Source: Octopus vulgaris | Taxonomy: Eukaryota | Assembly: GCA_951406725.2 (NCBI GenBank) | Contig: OX597835.1 | Location: forward strand, 28,520,001 to 28,584,000 | Direction: 5' to 3' | Length of the DNA: 64,000 nucleotides | Part shown: one piece after another, positions 42,737 to 56,349 of the stretch | Position numbering within the stretch: position 1 is the stretch's first letter | Layout: every line of letters starts with the position of its first letter | Translations under genes and position numbers: made by a program | The notes under the pieces: generated by a model | The model's database searches: none | What the model saw: the letters and a program-made list of their open reading frames with translations, nothing else | What the model was told of the DNA's origin: nothing

Positions 42737-43022
42737 CTTTACTCTCTTTACTCTTTTACTTGTTTCAGTCATTTGACTGTGGTCATGCTGGAGCACTGCC
42801 TTTAATCGAGCAAATCGACCCCAGGACTTATTCTTTGTATGCCTAGCACTTATTCTATCGGTCTCTTTTACCAAACCGCTAAGTTACGGGGACGTAAACA
42901 TAGCAACATCGGTTGTCACGCGATGATGGAGGGACAAACACAGACACACAAGCACAAACACACACACACACACGACAGGCTTCTTTCAGTTTCCGTCAAC
43001 CAAATCTACTCACAAGGCTTTG
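42737..43022 (-). mobile_element. SINE A, 5'-truncated
   Basis: Consensus match. Confidence 0.85.
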
Positions 43023-43269
43023 TTTGGGAAATTGGGCGATTTTCAGCATGCGTGTGATATGGGGGGAAATGAGCTGCTTGGCGGAGGTCTGCATTCTCCG
43101 AGTGCTTTTCTAGTTTCCACTGCTTTCGCATTTGGTAGGGATTTCATATCACCGCTCCTGTATGTGTTTTTACCCCGATTGTTGCCCCATTTTGTGTATG
43201 AGGGAGTTTTTCAAACCGGGGCGTTAATTCATCAAGTATCATGGATAGTCTCTTTTTTAATACACCCAC

Positions 43270-43760
43270 TTCTACATTGTGTAGGTTAAAAAAAAATTTT
43301 TGGCAGACCATTGAAGAGCTTTGAGCCTTTGAATTCTAAGCTATTGCAGTCCCAGTTCCTTACTTTAGATGAAGTGGGAAGTGCTTTTGGTAGCACGAAA
43401 TTGTGTCTAGTCTGGGCATTTGTATAACACTTAATGCCGTAATTTGGTAATAGTCCTTCCAGAATTTTCACATGAAAATTCTTACATATACCTCACGTTT
43501 TCGTTCCAGAGAGTAAACTCGTAGTTTATTTCAGCCTCTCTTTATATTCATCTGCCGCATTTACAATCTTTTTGTGTTGTGACTTGAGTTTGGGACTACA
43601 TGGTGATCACAGGTAAAAGCAGTAGTCCAGGTGCTGAGAAAAAGGTCATCCACATTAACTTCTTGGTCACTTGACCCGAAGGAGCTTAATATCTACCCTG
43701 CCAGTTGTCTGCATTTTGTTGCCATCTTGGTAATGTGCATGTGAAATGATGCATCACAAC
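43270..43760 (-). mobile_element. CR1/L2-clade LINE 3' fragment
   Basis: HLDYC..WSP, YSLERKRE, KILEGLLPNYGI..KGSKLFNGLP. Confidence 0.65.
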
Positions 43761-43784
43761 ATAGAAGTCCTACATACATACATT

Positions 43785-43816
<32 letters not shown>

Positions 43817-43828
<12 letters not shown>

Positions 43829-44015
43829 GGCTGTGTAGTAAGTAGGTTGCTTCCACATGGTTCCTGGTTCAGTCCCACTGCAAGGTACCTTGGGCAATTG
43901 TTTTCTACTATAGCCTCGGGACGACCAAAGCCTTGTGAGTGAATTTGGTAGATGGGAACTGAAAGAAGGTCGCCGTATATATATATATATATGTGTATGT
44001 ATATGTATATAAATT

Positions 44016-44047
<32 letters not shown>

Positions 44048-44270
44048 TGTATGTATGTATATATGTGTGTATGTGTGTGTTTGTCTCCACCAACATTGCT
44101 CAACAACCGATGCTGGTGTGCGCACGTACCTGTGACTTAGCGGCTCGGCAAAAGAGCCCTATAGAATAAATACTAGGCTTACAAAGAATAAGTCCTGGGG
44201 TTGATTTGTCAAACTAAAGGTCGTGCTCCAGTATGACCGCAGGCAAATGACTGAAACAAATAAAAGATAA
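43817..44270 (+). mobile_element. SINE A, full-length, diverged
   Basis: Consensus match. Confidence 0.85.
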
Positions 44271-44391
44271 TATTCATACACATTCACACACACACACGCA
44301 TACAACTCATAGGTTGAGCGCATGAATCTAACACACGTGTGTTTTTCCCAGCTCTCTACTTTCTTCCGTGTCTTTTCGTGAACTTTCTTCT

Positions 44392-44428
44392 AGTATCCGA
44401 TGAAGGACTATATCCGAAACGTTATACT
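44392..44428 (+). ncRNA. Minimal hammerhead-like motif (Penelope-type, variant core)
   Basis: agtat-CCGATGA-agga ctata tcc-GAAACGTT-atact; palindromic aacgtt; core has C in place of U4. Confidence 0.45.
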
Positions 44429-44945
44429 CTGTATCTATATCCCTTCTTTCGAGTGTCAACTAAAAAAATTAGATGTGAACATCCTTAGGACTTTGCTGTA
44501 GATTTTCTATATGTACATACCCCCCCCCCCACACACACACGTGTGTGACATATATGTGTAAAGAAAATGATGTTTGTGTTTCTACGTAGAAGCACAAGGG
44601 TTCCGGTGTGCATAGTGAATATGACGGATGTCGAGGATTGGCGGAGAATTTTTTGGCATGTCAGTACACTATATACCCAGCGCCACCATCTGTTACCATT
44701 CCACGGGTACGTTGACAAAGGATGTGATGGGACGATCGGGTAGTTTGAGAACTGCGGAACACTAGTAACGCAAAGGCATAATGCCCTATATAGTTAGAAC
44801 ATTTATGTATGTACATGTGGTTGTGTGTGTTTTATATTACATTTAGTATAAGTATGTGCGTATGCACACACACACACAAATATATATATCCGCATATAAT
44901 TGCACACATACATGTATTTGTATACATAGCTATATACATATATAC

Positions 44946-45011
<66 letters not shown>

Positions 45012-45044
45012 GTGTTTATATATATATGTATATATATATATATG

Positions 45045-45075
<31 letters not shown>

Positions 45076-45111
45076 GTATATATATATTATATATATATGT
45101 ATATATATATG

Positions 45112-45302
<191 letters not shown>

Positions 45303-46085
45303 GTCTATATACGTATACATTATACACATATGCGTACTCATATATATATGTGCACATACACACACGCACACGCACACACACAAATTTCAATTGATCGGTT
45401 TTTTTTACCTTTTTGTTAACCCAGGAACACCAGCCATCAGACCATCCAAACAAAAGGAGTCGATGAAAGGGAGGAGACGTTAGAAGTGGCAGTAGAGAAG
45501 GAATAGGGGTAGGAGGAGGCTGAGGAGGACTGTGAAAAAAGAGTGGAAGATAAGGAGGAGGAGGAAGTGGAGGAAGGGGGAGGCGGTTAGCATTAACTGT
45601 AGAAGTGCCGGAAAAAAAGAGAGACGAGCTTATTGACATTGACGATACTGGTACCTCGCTAATGATCACATCTCTCTTTATTAGCTGTCTTTTTTTTGTC
45701 GTTGTATACTGGCCATTGTATGATCTGTGTGTGTGTGAATTTGTATATGTATTTAGGTTATTCATAGAAACACCCGTATCAGCCGTAACCACACATACAT
45801 AAATGTGTACAGACGGTTTGCCAGAATCTTCCATGCGTCAACATGTATCTCCTGGCGACAGTGTAACCTCTAATTCAATCAAGATATCCTTAGCCTGAAG
45901 AGTAGCCGGAGCTATACACCTCGCTTGGATTTTTACCACTTCTGAGGCTCCACCCGCTATGAAATCTATGTAACCTGGATCTTACCTTCTCCATTCTGTA
46001 ATTCTTGTGTATATGTGAGTGTGTATGTATGTAGTATGTATGTATGTATGTATGTATGTATGTATGTATGTATGTATGTATATAT

Positions 46086-46405
46086 ACATGGTTCCGGGTT
46101 CAGTCCCACTGCGTGGCACCTTGGGCAAGTGTCTTCTACTATAGCCTCGTGCAGACTAAAGCCTTGTGAGTGGATTTGGTAGACGGAAACTGAAGGAAGC
46201 CCGTCGTATATATCAATATATATGTGCGTGTATATGAGTGTGTGTATATGTTTATGTGTCTGTGTTTGTCCCCCTAACATCGCTTGACAACCGATGCTGG
46301 TTGTGTTTACGTCCCCGTAACTTAGCGGTTCGGCAAAAGAGACCTATAGAATAAGTACTAGCTCTACAAAGAATAAGTCCTGGGGTCGATTTGCTCGACT
46401 AAATG
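46086..46405 (+). mobile_element. SINE A
   Basis: Consensus match. Confidence 0.88.
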
Positions 46406-46536
46406 CGACTGATGGCCAGCTCCATAACTAAAGCTAGTTTCCGCTCTAAGAGTTTTGCTGGAAAAGGGACATAGGAAAGCTGCCCTTTCTCACCTGGCTA
46501 ACCAATGATATAAAATGGACAATCAAAATTACTCAC

Positions 46537-46706
46537 GTGGTATCTTTCATTAGTCTGTGTGGGAAACCGAGAGGCAATACAGATGCCAATCTTAATGTTT
46601 CCTTGATGGCTGCGTCTAAGTTTGGACAACAGTTGCGATCAAAAGGAGATAAAGGTCCTGTGGTTTCGATTCTTAGTCGCACTTCCTCAGATATAATTTC
46701 TTGCCA
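46537..46706 (-). CDS. Cytochrome P450 (CYP17A1-like), exon with K-helix ExxR, 170 nt
   Basis: tgtttacag acceptor and gtgagt donor; WQEIISEEV...LDAAIKETLRLASVLPLGFPHRLMKDT; phase 0/2. Confidence 0.95.
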
Positions 46707-46904
46707 CTGTAAACAAAACAAAACGACAAAAATAAACGATCGATATTTAATAATAAATAAATGATTGAAACGATAAATCGGTAGTTCCAAGTCAATCCCA
46801 ATCGAGCAGATTGGTAGACTGATAATCACAAGAATTCTAATTGTGGCAATCTCGTCGATTCTCATGTTCAGAGATTCAGAAACACATTACCTATTACGTC
46901 ATAT

Positions 46905-47126
46905 TCTTATTTCTTTATTGCTCACAAAGGGCTAAACATAGAGGGGACAAACAAGGACAGACAAAGGGATTAAGTCGATTACATCGATCCCAGTGCGCAA
47001 CTGGTACTTATTTAATCGACCCCGAAAGAATGAAAGGCAAAGTTGACCTCGGCGGAATTTGAACTCAGAACGTAACGGCAGACGAAATACCGCTAAGCAT
47101 TTCGCCCGATTCTGCCAGCTCGCCGA
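46905..47126 (-). mobile_element. SINE B monomer
   Basis: Consensus match. Confidence 0.88.
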
Positions 47127-47214
47127 CTTCAATTATTAAGTCATATTCTAAGACTGAAGGGTCTAGTTTGTGGGAGTTTTGGCTGAAACAAGTAAACGAT
47201 AAACGATAAGAGAC

Positions 47215-47261
<47 letters not shown>

Positions 47262-47269
47262 ATATATAC

Positions 47270-47321
<52 letters not shown>

Positions 47322-47397
47322 ATATGTATATATGTATATATGTTTCTGTATCCACACACACACACACACACGTGAATATTCATGTGTGTGTATATAT

Positions 47398-47799
47398 ACT
47401 CTCTTTACTCTTTCACTTGTTTCAGTCATTTGACTGCGGCCATGCTGGAGCACCGCCTTTAATCGAGCAACTCGACCCCGGGACTTATTCTCTTGTAAGC
47501 CCAGTACTTATTCTATCGGTGTTTTTTGTCGAACCGCTAAGTAACGGGGACATAAACACACCAGTATTGGTTGTCAAGCAATGCTAGGGGGACAAACACA
47601 GACACACAAACACACACACACGCATATATATACATATATACGACGGGCTTCTTTCAGTTTCCGTCTACCTAATCCACTCACAAGGCTTTGGTCGGTCCGA
47701 GGCTATAGTAGAAGACACTTGCAAGGCGCCACGCAGTGGGACTGAACCCGGAACCATGTGGTTGGTAAACAAGCTACTTACCACACAGCCACTCCTGCG

Positions 47800-47801
<2 letters not shown>
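47398..47801 (-). mobile_element. SINE A, full-length
   Basis: Consensus match. Confidence 0.9.
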
Positions 47802-47862
<61 letters not shown>

Positions 47863-47886
47863 ATGTATATATGTGGTTTCTGTATC

Positions 47887-47918
<32 letters not shown>

Positions 47919-48691
47919 CGTACCCAAATGTGTGTGTGCGTGTATACATGTATAAGTAAATATATGTATATTGATATATGTGTATGTGTATCCACAAACT
48001 CACAAACACACATATATATACGTACCCATATATGTGTGTGATTATTTGTGTGCGTGGGTGTGTATGTATGTGTGTATGTATGTATGTACGTATGTATGTA
48101 TGTATGTATGTATGTATGTATGTATGTATGTATGTATGTATGTATGTGTATGTATGTATGTATCTATGTATTTATGAATGCATGTAAGTAAGTATGTAGG
48201 CATGTGCGTTTAACTACACATGCCCGTCCAACCCATGCTAGCATTGAAAACGGACGTTAAACGAAAGAGAAATGAAACATTAAGTATGTCATATTCGTAA
48301 TGTTTGCATTCTTTAAGCCGCTTCAGATACACATTCCAGTTTTGTTTTCCTTGTGCCACGCATATGCACAACGGCAAATGGTTTTTACGCTGTTTGTATT
48401 CAAACCTCTAGCTGGACTTAGCAAGTCGTTTTGTTGGTGAGTGAGTGCGTGGAACTAAGATCGGAAAAGACCGCGAAATATCGACGTCTGTCACACTTTC
48501 GGAACTATTTAGTTTCGCCTAGCTTTGAGGTATACTGCGTTTTTAAACGCTATATGTTTTAAAAGGGGGTTTAATAAGGACTAGGTGCTGCAGTTTCAGT
48601 GTTTAATCAAGCACATACATTATGTAATAATAATATTTATAATAATAATAATGATAATAATAATAACAACAACAATAACAATAACAATAAC

Positions 48692-48746
<55 letters not shown>

Positions 48747-48798
48747 TGAGAATATTGTTAGAAAACCGATTATATCAGCAACTCTATCAATTCCTAGG

Positions 48799-48835
48799 GA
48801 TATCTGAGGAAGGAATTTTACTCCGAAATATTATC
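48799..48835 (+). ncRNA. Minimal hammerhead-like motif
   Basis: gatat-CTGAGGA-agga attttac tcc-GAAATATT-atc; palindromic aatatt. Confidence 0.5.
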
Positions 48836-48939
48836 AGACTATGAATGATTTAAATTACAGCAAATATATAGCTCATTATTTGTATTATAGTACTTTGTTG
48901 TACCATTCGCAACATTTTATTCTCTATAAATAATAGAGA

Positions 48940-49325
48940 TCCTTTCTACTGGGGGCACAAGGCCTCAAATTTGGGGGAGGAGACTAGTCGATCCCCCCCC
49001 CCAGTATTTCACTGGTACTTAATTTATCGATCCCAAAAGGATGAAAGGCAAAGCCGACCTCGGCGGAAATCGAATTCAGAACGTAACGACGAGCAAAATA
49101 CCTATTTCTTTACTACCCACAAGGGGCTACATACAGAGGGGACAAACAAGGACAGACAAACGGATTAAGTCGATTACATCGACTCCAGTGCGTAACTGGT
49201 ACTTATTTAATCGACCCCGAAAGAATGAAAGGCAAAGTCGACCTCGGCGGAATTTGAACTCAGAACGTAAAGGCAGACGAAATACGGCTACGCATTTAGC
49301 CCGGCGTGCTAACGATTCTGCCAGC
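48940..49325 (-). mobile_element. SINE B tandem dimer
   Basis: Two cores joined at aaaatac|ctatttcttt. Confidence 0.85.
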
Positions 49326-49332
49326 CGTCACC

Positions 49333-49388
<56 letters not shown>

Positions 49389-50239
49389 CTAATAGTTCCT
49401 TTGATGGATTTGATCTGAAGTCTTCGAATTAGCATTCTCCTTTCTTGTTTTGAGAAGCCTAATTTCTCAAGATTGGCATTTGGGCAGTGTGTTACATATC
49501 CCAGGGCCCCAATGTATGTATACAGAGTGGAAATCAAATAGATCTTAGCAAATTAGCTTCGAAGCACCTCCACGTAACCTTGACTAAGCAGATTACTCCA
49601 AAACAAAGTATTCCAGGTGATTCATCTGTCAGCATAGAGGTCCACGATAAGTTAAACAGTTGGTTATTGATGCCGGGTCTCCTGTAGATCCGTGCATGTA
49701 TTGAAGGTAGATTTTTTGCTCATTATGTATCATTTAGTAAGCAAACTCTTTTGGATTCGTTTTTGTTCGCACTCTTTCTTCCTCTCTTTATGGCCATGCG
49801 TGTGTGTGGTTCAGCGCGTGCGCGGTGTGTGTGTGTGTGTGTGTATGTGTGTGCATATTAGTATTTTACTTTATGAAAGTGATGTTAATAACCTGGTGTC
49901 AGAACTTAAACATATTCTCCAGTCGAGTACACAGCGGAATAAGAGATTATATGACAAAGGAACAAAACATTATGCAATGAACTTCTTTATTTTACAGCTG
50001 TTTCTGCAATAAAACGCGCTGCACTCATAGCTAAGTGCTTCTGTATTTATTTACCTTATACCTACGACGGAGTGTCAAAAGATGATACACAATAACACTA
50101 CTATGCGTGCATGTCATCATATACCGGAAACAACTGTAAGCCTGTCAAGTTCACAACATAATTTCTTGTTCTCTTTTACTCTTTTACTTGTTTCAGTCAT
50201 TTGACTGTGGCCATGTTGGAGCACCGCCTTTAAATAAAT

Positions 50240-50488
50240 GCACCCTTTTAAAGCTTAGCCAGGCTCATGGGCCCGGTTTCCCGGTTTCAGTGGCGTATGT
50301 GTTCCCCAGCTGGACGGGACGCCAGTCCATCGCAGCGTTACTCATTTTTGCCAGCTGAGTGGACTGGAGCAATGTGAAATGAAGTGCTTTGCTCAAGAAC
50401 ACAATGCGTCGTCCGGTCCAGGAATCGAAACCACAATCTTACGATAATGGTGCTGGCACCTTAACCACTAAGCCACGTGCCTCCACAA
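50240..50488 (-). mobile_element. tRNA-SINE family C; related copy 59898-60230 (+)
   Basis: Head tgtggaggcacgtggcttagtggttaag..ggtttcgattcc; 3' part gaaaccgggaaaccgg shared between both copies. Confidence 0.8.
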
Positions 50489-50504
50489 AATGTAAACACA
50501 GGAG

Positions 50505-50926
50505 AAATACCCATTTCTTTACTGCCCACAAGGGGCTAAACATAGAGGGGACAAACAAGGACAGACAAACGGATTAAGTCGATTACATCGACCCCACTGC
50601 GTAACTGGTACTTAATTTATCGACCCCGAAAGGATGAAAAGCAAAGTCGACCTCGGCAGAATTTGAACTCAGAACGTAGCGGCAGACGAAATACCTATTT
50701 CTTTACTGCCCACAAGGGGCTAAACACAGAGGGAACAAACGAGGACAGACAAATGGATTAAGTCGATTACATCGACCCCAGTGCTTAACTAGCACTTAAT
50801 TTATCGACCCCGAAAGGATGAAAAGCAAAGTCGACCTCGGCGGAATTTGAACTCAGAACGTAGCGGCAGACGAAATACCGTTAAGCATTTCGCCCGGCTT
50901 GCTAACGTTTCTGCCAGATCGCCGCC
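50505..50926 (-). mobile_element. SINE B tandem dimer
   Basis: Junction gacgaaatac|ctatttcttt at ~50695. Confidence 0.88.
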
Positions 50927-51027
50927 TCTTGAGAATCTTTATTGATCAATAAACATTCTCGTACCTTCCATCTTCCGTCACTTCCCACTAATCAAATATA
51001 TATGTGTGTATGTGCGTACGTATGTAT

Positions 51028-51082
<55 letters not shown>

Positions 51083-51089
51083 CACTTAC

Positions 51090-51299
51090 CTCTGGGTTGT
51101 GCAGTAGATAGATGATAAACCATAGAATGGTCATTGTGGTAGACTCAATGCCACCGCCAAACAGTTCGTATACAATATGCCCTATTGTGTTGTCGCTGAG
51201 GAATGTCTGAACTTCTTCGTTGCCCTCCTCTTTGGCTTTCTTCTGTTCTAAGAGAAGGAAATCGAGTAGATCCCGTACGTTGTCTTCGGATAATGTTTC
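51090..51299 (-). CDS. Cytochrome P450 (CYP17A1-like), exon with H/I helices, 210 nt
   Basis: cctttccag acceptor and gtaagt donor; ETLSEDNVRDLLDFLLLEQ...IVYELFGGGIESTTMTILWFIIYLLHNPE (I-helix motif; compare CYP17A1 IFGAGVETTTSVVKW). Confidence 0.95.
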
Positions 51300-51324
51300 C
51301 TGGAAAGGATAGAAGTGGGCGGAA

Positions 51325-51480
51325 GAAGAAATTTAAGAATGGTTTCAAATTTTGGCAGGGGTTTTGAAGAAATTTAAGAATGGTTTCAAATTTTGGCAGG
51401 GGTTTTGAAGAAATTTAAGAACGGTTTCAAATTTTGGCAGGGGTTTCGAAGAAATTTAAGAACGGTTTCAAATTTTGGCA
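51325..51480. repeat. 41-bp tandem repeat, ~3.8 copies
   Basis: atttaagaa(t/c)ggtttcaaattttggc at 51331, 51372, 51413, 51454. Confidence 0.95.
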
Positions 51481-52278
51481 CAGTGTTAGCAGTTTTTGAG
51501 GGGCGGGTCAAGAAGATTACATCGATCCCAGTAGTTGGCAGTTACCTATTTCATCGACCCCGAAAAAAATGAGTGGTAAAGTCGATCTTGGTGAAACTTG
51601 AACTCAGAACGTAAAGACGGACGAAATGTGGCTAAACATCTTGTCCGGCGTGCTAACGATTCTGCCAGCTATCTACCCTGAAAGAATTTAATGATCCTTC
51701 CTACTATAAATTTGGTGGGAATGGAGGCCTAGTCGATTACTTCGATACCAATATTTGACTTATTTCATCGCCCCCCTCCTGGAAGAGACGAAAAGTAAAG
51801 TCGACCTCTGCGGAATTTGAACTCGTAAAGACGGGACTAAACGTCGCTTAGTATTTTGTGCAGCGTGCTATCCGCCTTGGTAGAAATTAATAATTCTTTC
51901 TACTGGAAGCACAAGGCCTCAAATTTGGGGGAAGGGATTAAGTTGATTACATCGACACTAATGTTTTACTGGTACTTGAATTATCGATCCTGAAAAGATG
52001 AAAGGCAAAGTTGACCTCGGCGGAATTTGGGCTCAGGCGAAATACCTATTTCTTTATTACCCAGAAGGGGCTAAACACAGAGAGGACAAACAAGGACAGG
52101 CAAACTGATTAAGTCGATTATATCGACTCCAGTGCGTAACTGGCCCTTAATTTATCGACCCCTAAAGGATGAAAGGTAAAGTCGACCTCGGCGGAATTTG
52201 AACTCAGAACGTAACGGCAGACGAAATGCCGCTAAGCATTTCGTCCAGCGCCTTAACGATTCTGCCACCTCGCTGCCT
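51480..52278 (-). mobile_element. Cluster of four SINE B(-related) units
   Basis: Four atcgacccc..gtcgacctcggcggaatttgaactc-type cores in the same orientation. Confidence 0.8.
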
Positions 52279-52368
52279 TGAAGGAATTTAATAATAAAAT
52301 GAAAACATAATTATAGATATGTAAGAGAGCAAAAAAAATTTCGTAGATAACGAAATGAATGTATGCGT

Positions 52369-52410
<42 letters not shown>

Positions 52411-52850
52411 GCTAAAGTAGAAAGGAAAGGCAAACAGCTTGGCCAGACTTGACAAGTACATTTAATTTAATTAAGCTATTTAATAAAAGGCAGAGATAAT
52501 CTCTGACAGCTGCCTCTAGAATATTGGAACATCGTACCAAGGGAAAACTCCATATGCTGAGTAACCCATCATCGGAGAGAGCTGGGTTAAACATATGTAA
52601 CAGTGGAATAAAGTTCTTCAGCAATGATAGGTATTGTGGTTCTTTATGTCCAGAGAAAGAGGGGAGATCCCAATAAATCCAGTTAGATAGGGGTATTCGT
52701 TAGGTAAATACATGATCAGAGTGAATGGTTACATAGAAATCCACAGTGAGAGAAATGGATGCTAGCAGTTCCAAAATTGAACAAACATTGACATACATAC
52801 ATACATACATACATACGTACATACATACATACATACATATATATATATAT

Positions 52851-52955
<105 letters not shown>

Positions 52956-53292
52956 ATACGCCAGCTAAGCTAAGTTGAACTGTCTAAAGTCGTAAGACAC
53001 CCGTTGTTTTTGTCCTGTTATTACTATTATTGTTTTTTTTTGTATTTATATCCGTGTGGCATCGTCCTTTTTCTGTCCCTGTTTCGTATACATTCGATCC
53101 TTTTTCCAAGAAATCTAATGCTCGTAGCTTAGTTTTTCCTTGGTGCTGGCCAGATCGGAGCGATCTCAAGATTAATCAGCCGAAATTGCGAGCATGATCC
53201 GGTTCTTGACTGAAGATTGAAGTCTTCGAATGTCCCGTCCGTATTTTTTGTATCGTCTTCTAAATGTTTTGCGTTCTTGTCCCAGTTTTTTT

Positions 53293-53359
<67 letters not shown>

Positions 53360-53381
53360 TATGTACATATGTATATGTAGG

Positions 53382-53735
53382 CACATGGTTCCGGGTTCAG
53401 CCCCACCACGTAGCACCTTGGGCAAGTGTCGTCTACTATAGCCTCAGGCCAACCAAGGCTTTGTGAGAGGATTTGGTAGACGGAAACTGAAAGAAGCCCG
53501 TCGTATATATATGTGTGTGTGTGTGTATGGGTTTGTGTACTTGTGTTTGTCCCCCACTACCGCTTGACATCCCATGTTGGTGTGTTTACGTCCCCGTAAC
53601 GTAGTGGCTCGGCAAAAGAGACCGATGGAATAAGTACTAGGCTTACAAAGAATAAGTCCCGGGGTTGATTTGCGCGACCAAAAGCAGTGCTCAAGCATGG
53701 CCGCAGTCAAATGACTGAAACAAGTAAAAGAATAA
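53382..53735 (+). mobile_element. SINE A
   Basis: Consensus match. Confidence 0.87.
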
Positions 53736-53782
<47 letters not shown>

Positions 53783-54659
53783 ATCGAGGTGAGAGAAATA
53801 TAGGTAGATAGGAGCTTTGTATTAGATATAATATACTAACCAGTACGGCGAGGGGTGAGCATTCCTGACCTGAGAGGGATTAGGGACCGCGAGTTTAAAA
53901 TCAGATAAGAGATTAATCAAGCAGATGTCAACCCTTCAAGCTGGTTTATGGCATACCTATTTGAGCACTCGGGGTGCATACCTATTAGTTTGAATCACCC
54001 TGAGTAAAACTCCTCGTATCTTATGTGTGTGTGTGTGTGTGTGTGTGTGTACAACGGGCTTCTTTCAGTTTCCGTCTATCAAATCTACTCACAAGGCTTT
54101 GAGCAGTCCGAGGCTATAGCAGAAGACACTTTCCCAAGGTGCCAGGGTCTAATCGCTTCATAAGTGTGTGTGTGTGTGCGTGTGTGTGTGTGTGCGTGCG
54201 TGTGCGTGTGTGTGTGTGTGTGTATACTTCACTCCTACGTATTTTACCAGTCCCCAGAAGTTGTTTTTGGCAGGATTTGAATTCAGGAATTAAAGAGTCA
54301 TAACCAAAAACTCAGTTTTAACGAATCTTTATATTCCACCGTTCCGTCTTCCCCAATTTGCAGAATTAAATGGGAAAAAGTCTGCCAATAAATTTATCAG
54401 TGCCCACTCACTACCCCGCGTTAGAAACCCACATGTATATCTAGGGAGTCTATGAGGCGCCACACTGTGACAGAGGCGTCGGTTCGATACCCTCAGAGAC
54501 TGTTTTCAAACTTTGTATTCTTATTTTTCATTCATTCAGATGTTTATATTTGTTTCATGTATGTATGTATGTATGTATGTATGTATGTATGTATGTATGT
54601 ATGTATGTATGTGTGTGTGTATGTATGCATGTATGCATATCTGTGTGTATGTATATACG

Positions 54660-54698
<39 letters not shown>

Positions 54699-55074
54699 AT
54701 TACGCATGTTTTCTTAAGCATACTGTGTGTGTATGCGTATGTGTGTGAGTGTGTGTTGCAAATAGTTTGCTTTTGTGTAGGAGTATGTGTATTTAGAAAC
54801 ATTAGACACGATAAACCATTAAGAATCTGGCAGAAATCATAACAAAACATACTATACATACATACATAACACACACACACACACACATACACACACATAT
54901 ACATATATGTATGTATATATATGTAACGCATATGTATGTATTTGTGTGCACATATATAAATACACACACACACATATATATATATATGCATATATATACA
55001 TGCACAAATATAAACATGTATCTATATAAACAATAGATATATATATATATAATACACACACACACACGAAAATG

Positions 55075-55126
<52 letters not shown>

Positions 55127-55746
55127 CAATATGAAAGATTGAATTTCGCAAGTGGAATACCTTGGGGAGACATTACCATGATTCTGAGAAATGTAAAAAA
55201 AAAAAAGAAAAAAAAGAAAAGAAAACAAGAAAATACGAAAACAAAAAGAAAATACAATCAACAAAAAGGCATGAAAAAAACAAAAGAGAAAATCTGAAAA
55301 TCTGCAACAAAAACAAAACATTTTTATAGGGTGAGAGGGAAGGGGAAGAGGAAAAAATAACAAAATGACAAAAATGTGTGTGTGTAGATGTATGTGCGCA
55401 TGTGAATCTATGTTTGCGCGTGTGTGTCTGTGTGTGTGTGTGTGTCTGGAAACATTAGGAAATATTACATTTTGACAAATTATGACAGGACTGTCAAAAT
55501 AGATGCATTTCAGATGAAGACAGCATCACCAGTTGTGTTTATCAACAACCATGTGTCTGTTATTTCCCGGCTATTTTTAATGGCAGCCGGCAAGAGAACC
55601 CGTCACCCGCCGACAACCGTTGATAGACGTCGACAACCGACGACGTCCTTCGACGCTAGCCGCGGGGCTGTGTCGCCCGCCTCCCCGTTGGAAGGCTTGA
55701 AAAGGCGCGCAGACGATTTTTACAACCACATACAAGCGCACACGCA

Positions 55747-55982
55747 AAATACCTATTTCTTTACTGCCCACAAGGGGCTACACACAGAGTGGACAAACAA
55801 GGACAGACAAACGGATTAAGTCGATAATATCGATCCCAGTGAGTAACTGGTACTTATTTAATCGACCCCGAAAGGATGAAAGGCAAAGTCGACCTCGGCG
55901 GAATTTGAATTCAGAAGGTAGCGGCATACGAAAAACCGCTTAGCATTTCGCCCGGCGTACTAACGTTTCTGCCAGCTCGCCA
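55747..55982 (-). mobile_element. SINE B
   Basis: Consensus match; tail followed by gtatttt (sense strand). Confidence 0.88.
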
Positions 55983-56349
55983 AGGCATTTATTCCTTTGT
56001 ATACACACATACGTGCACAATCGTTTCTGTCTGCAATTTTGAGGGTAATGGGGAGCGGGGTTAGTCGCTATCATCGATTTCAGCTCATAACTGGTAGTCC
56101 TGAAGGGTGAAAAGTAACGTTCATCTTACCAGGATTTGAACTCTCAACCAAACCGAAAAATACCAGTCATGTACTGAGTCTGTAGTATAGATTAACCCAT
56201 TTTCAAGAAATTGGTGGCCTTGTGCCTATTATGGAAGCAGTTATTATGAATTCCGTTTTTCTAACTAAGAAACAAATTTTTAAAATATTTCGTATTTGTA
56301 TTTGGTTTACAAGATCCTTGATGTGAATTCGCGTGCTGAAATATATTTT

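Noticed and set aside
45895-45970. Hammerhead at ctgaagagtagccggagctat
   Set aside because: GAAA does not follow the first hairpin, and no convincing stem I or III
52412-52624. 70-aa ORF as an extra P450 exon
   Set aside because: No P450 similarity; the exons at 59134 and 51299 already join in frame (KEHR|ETL)
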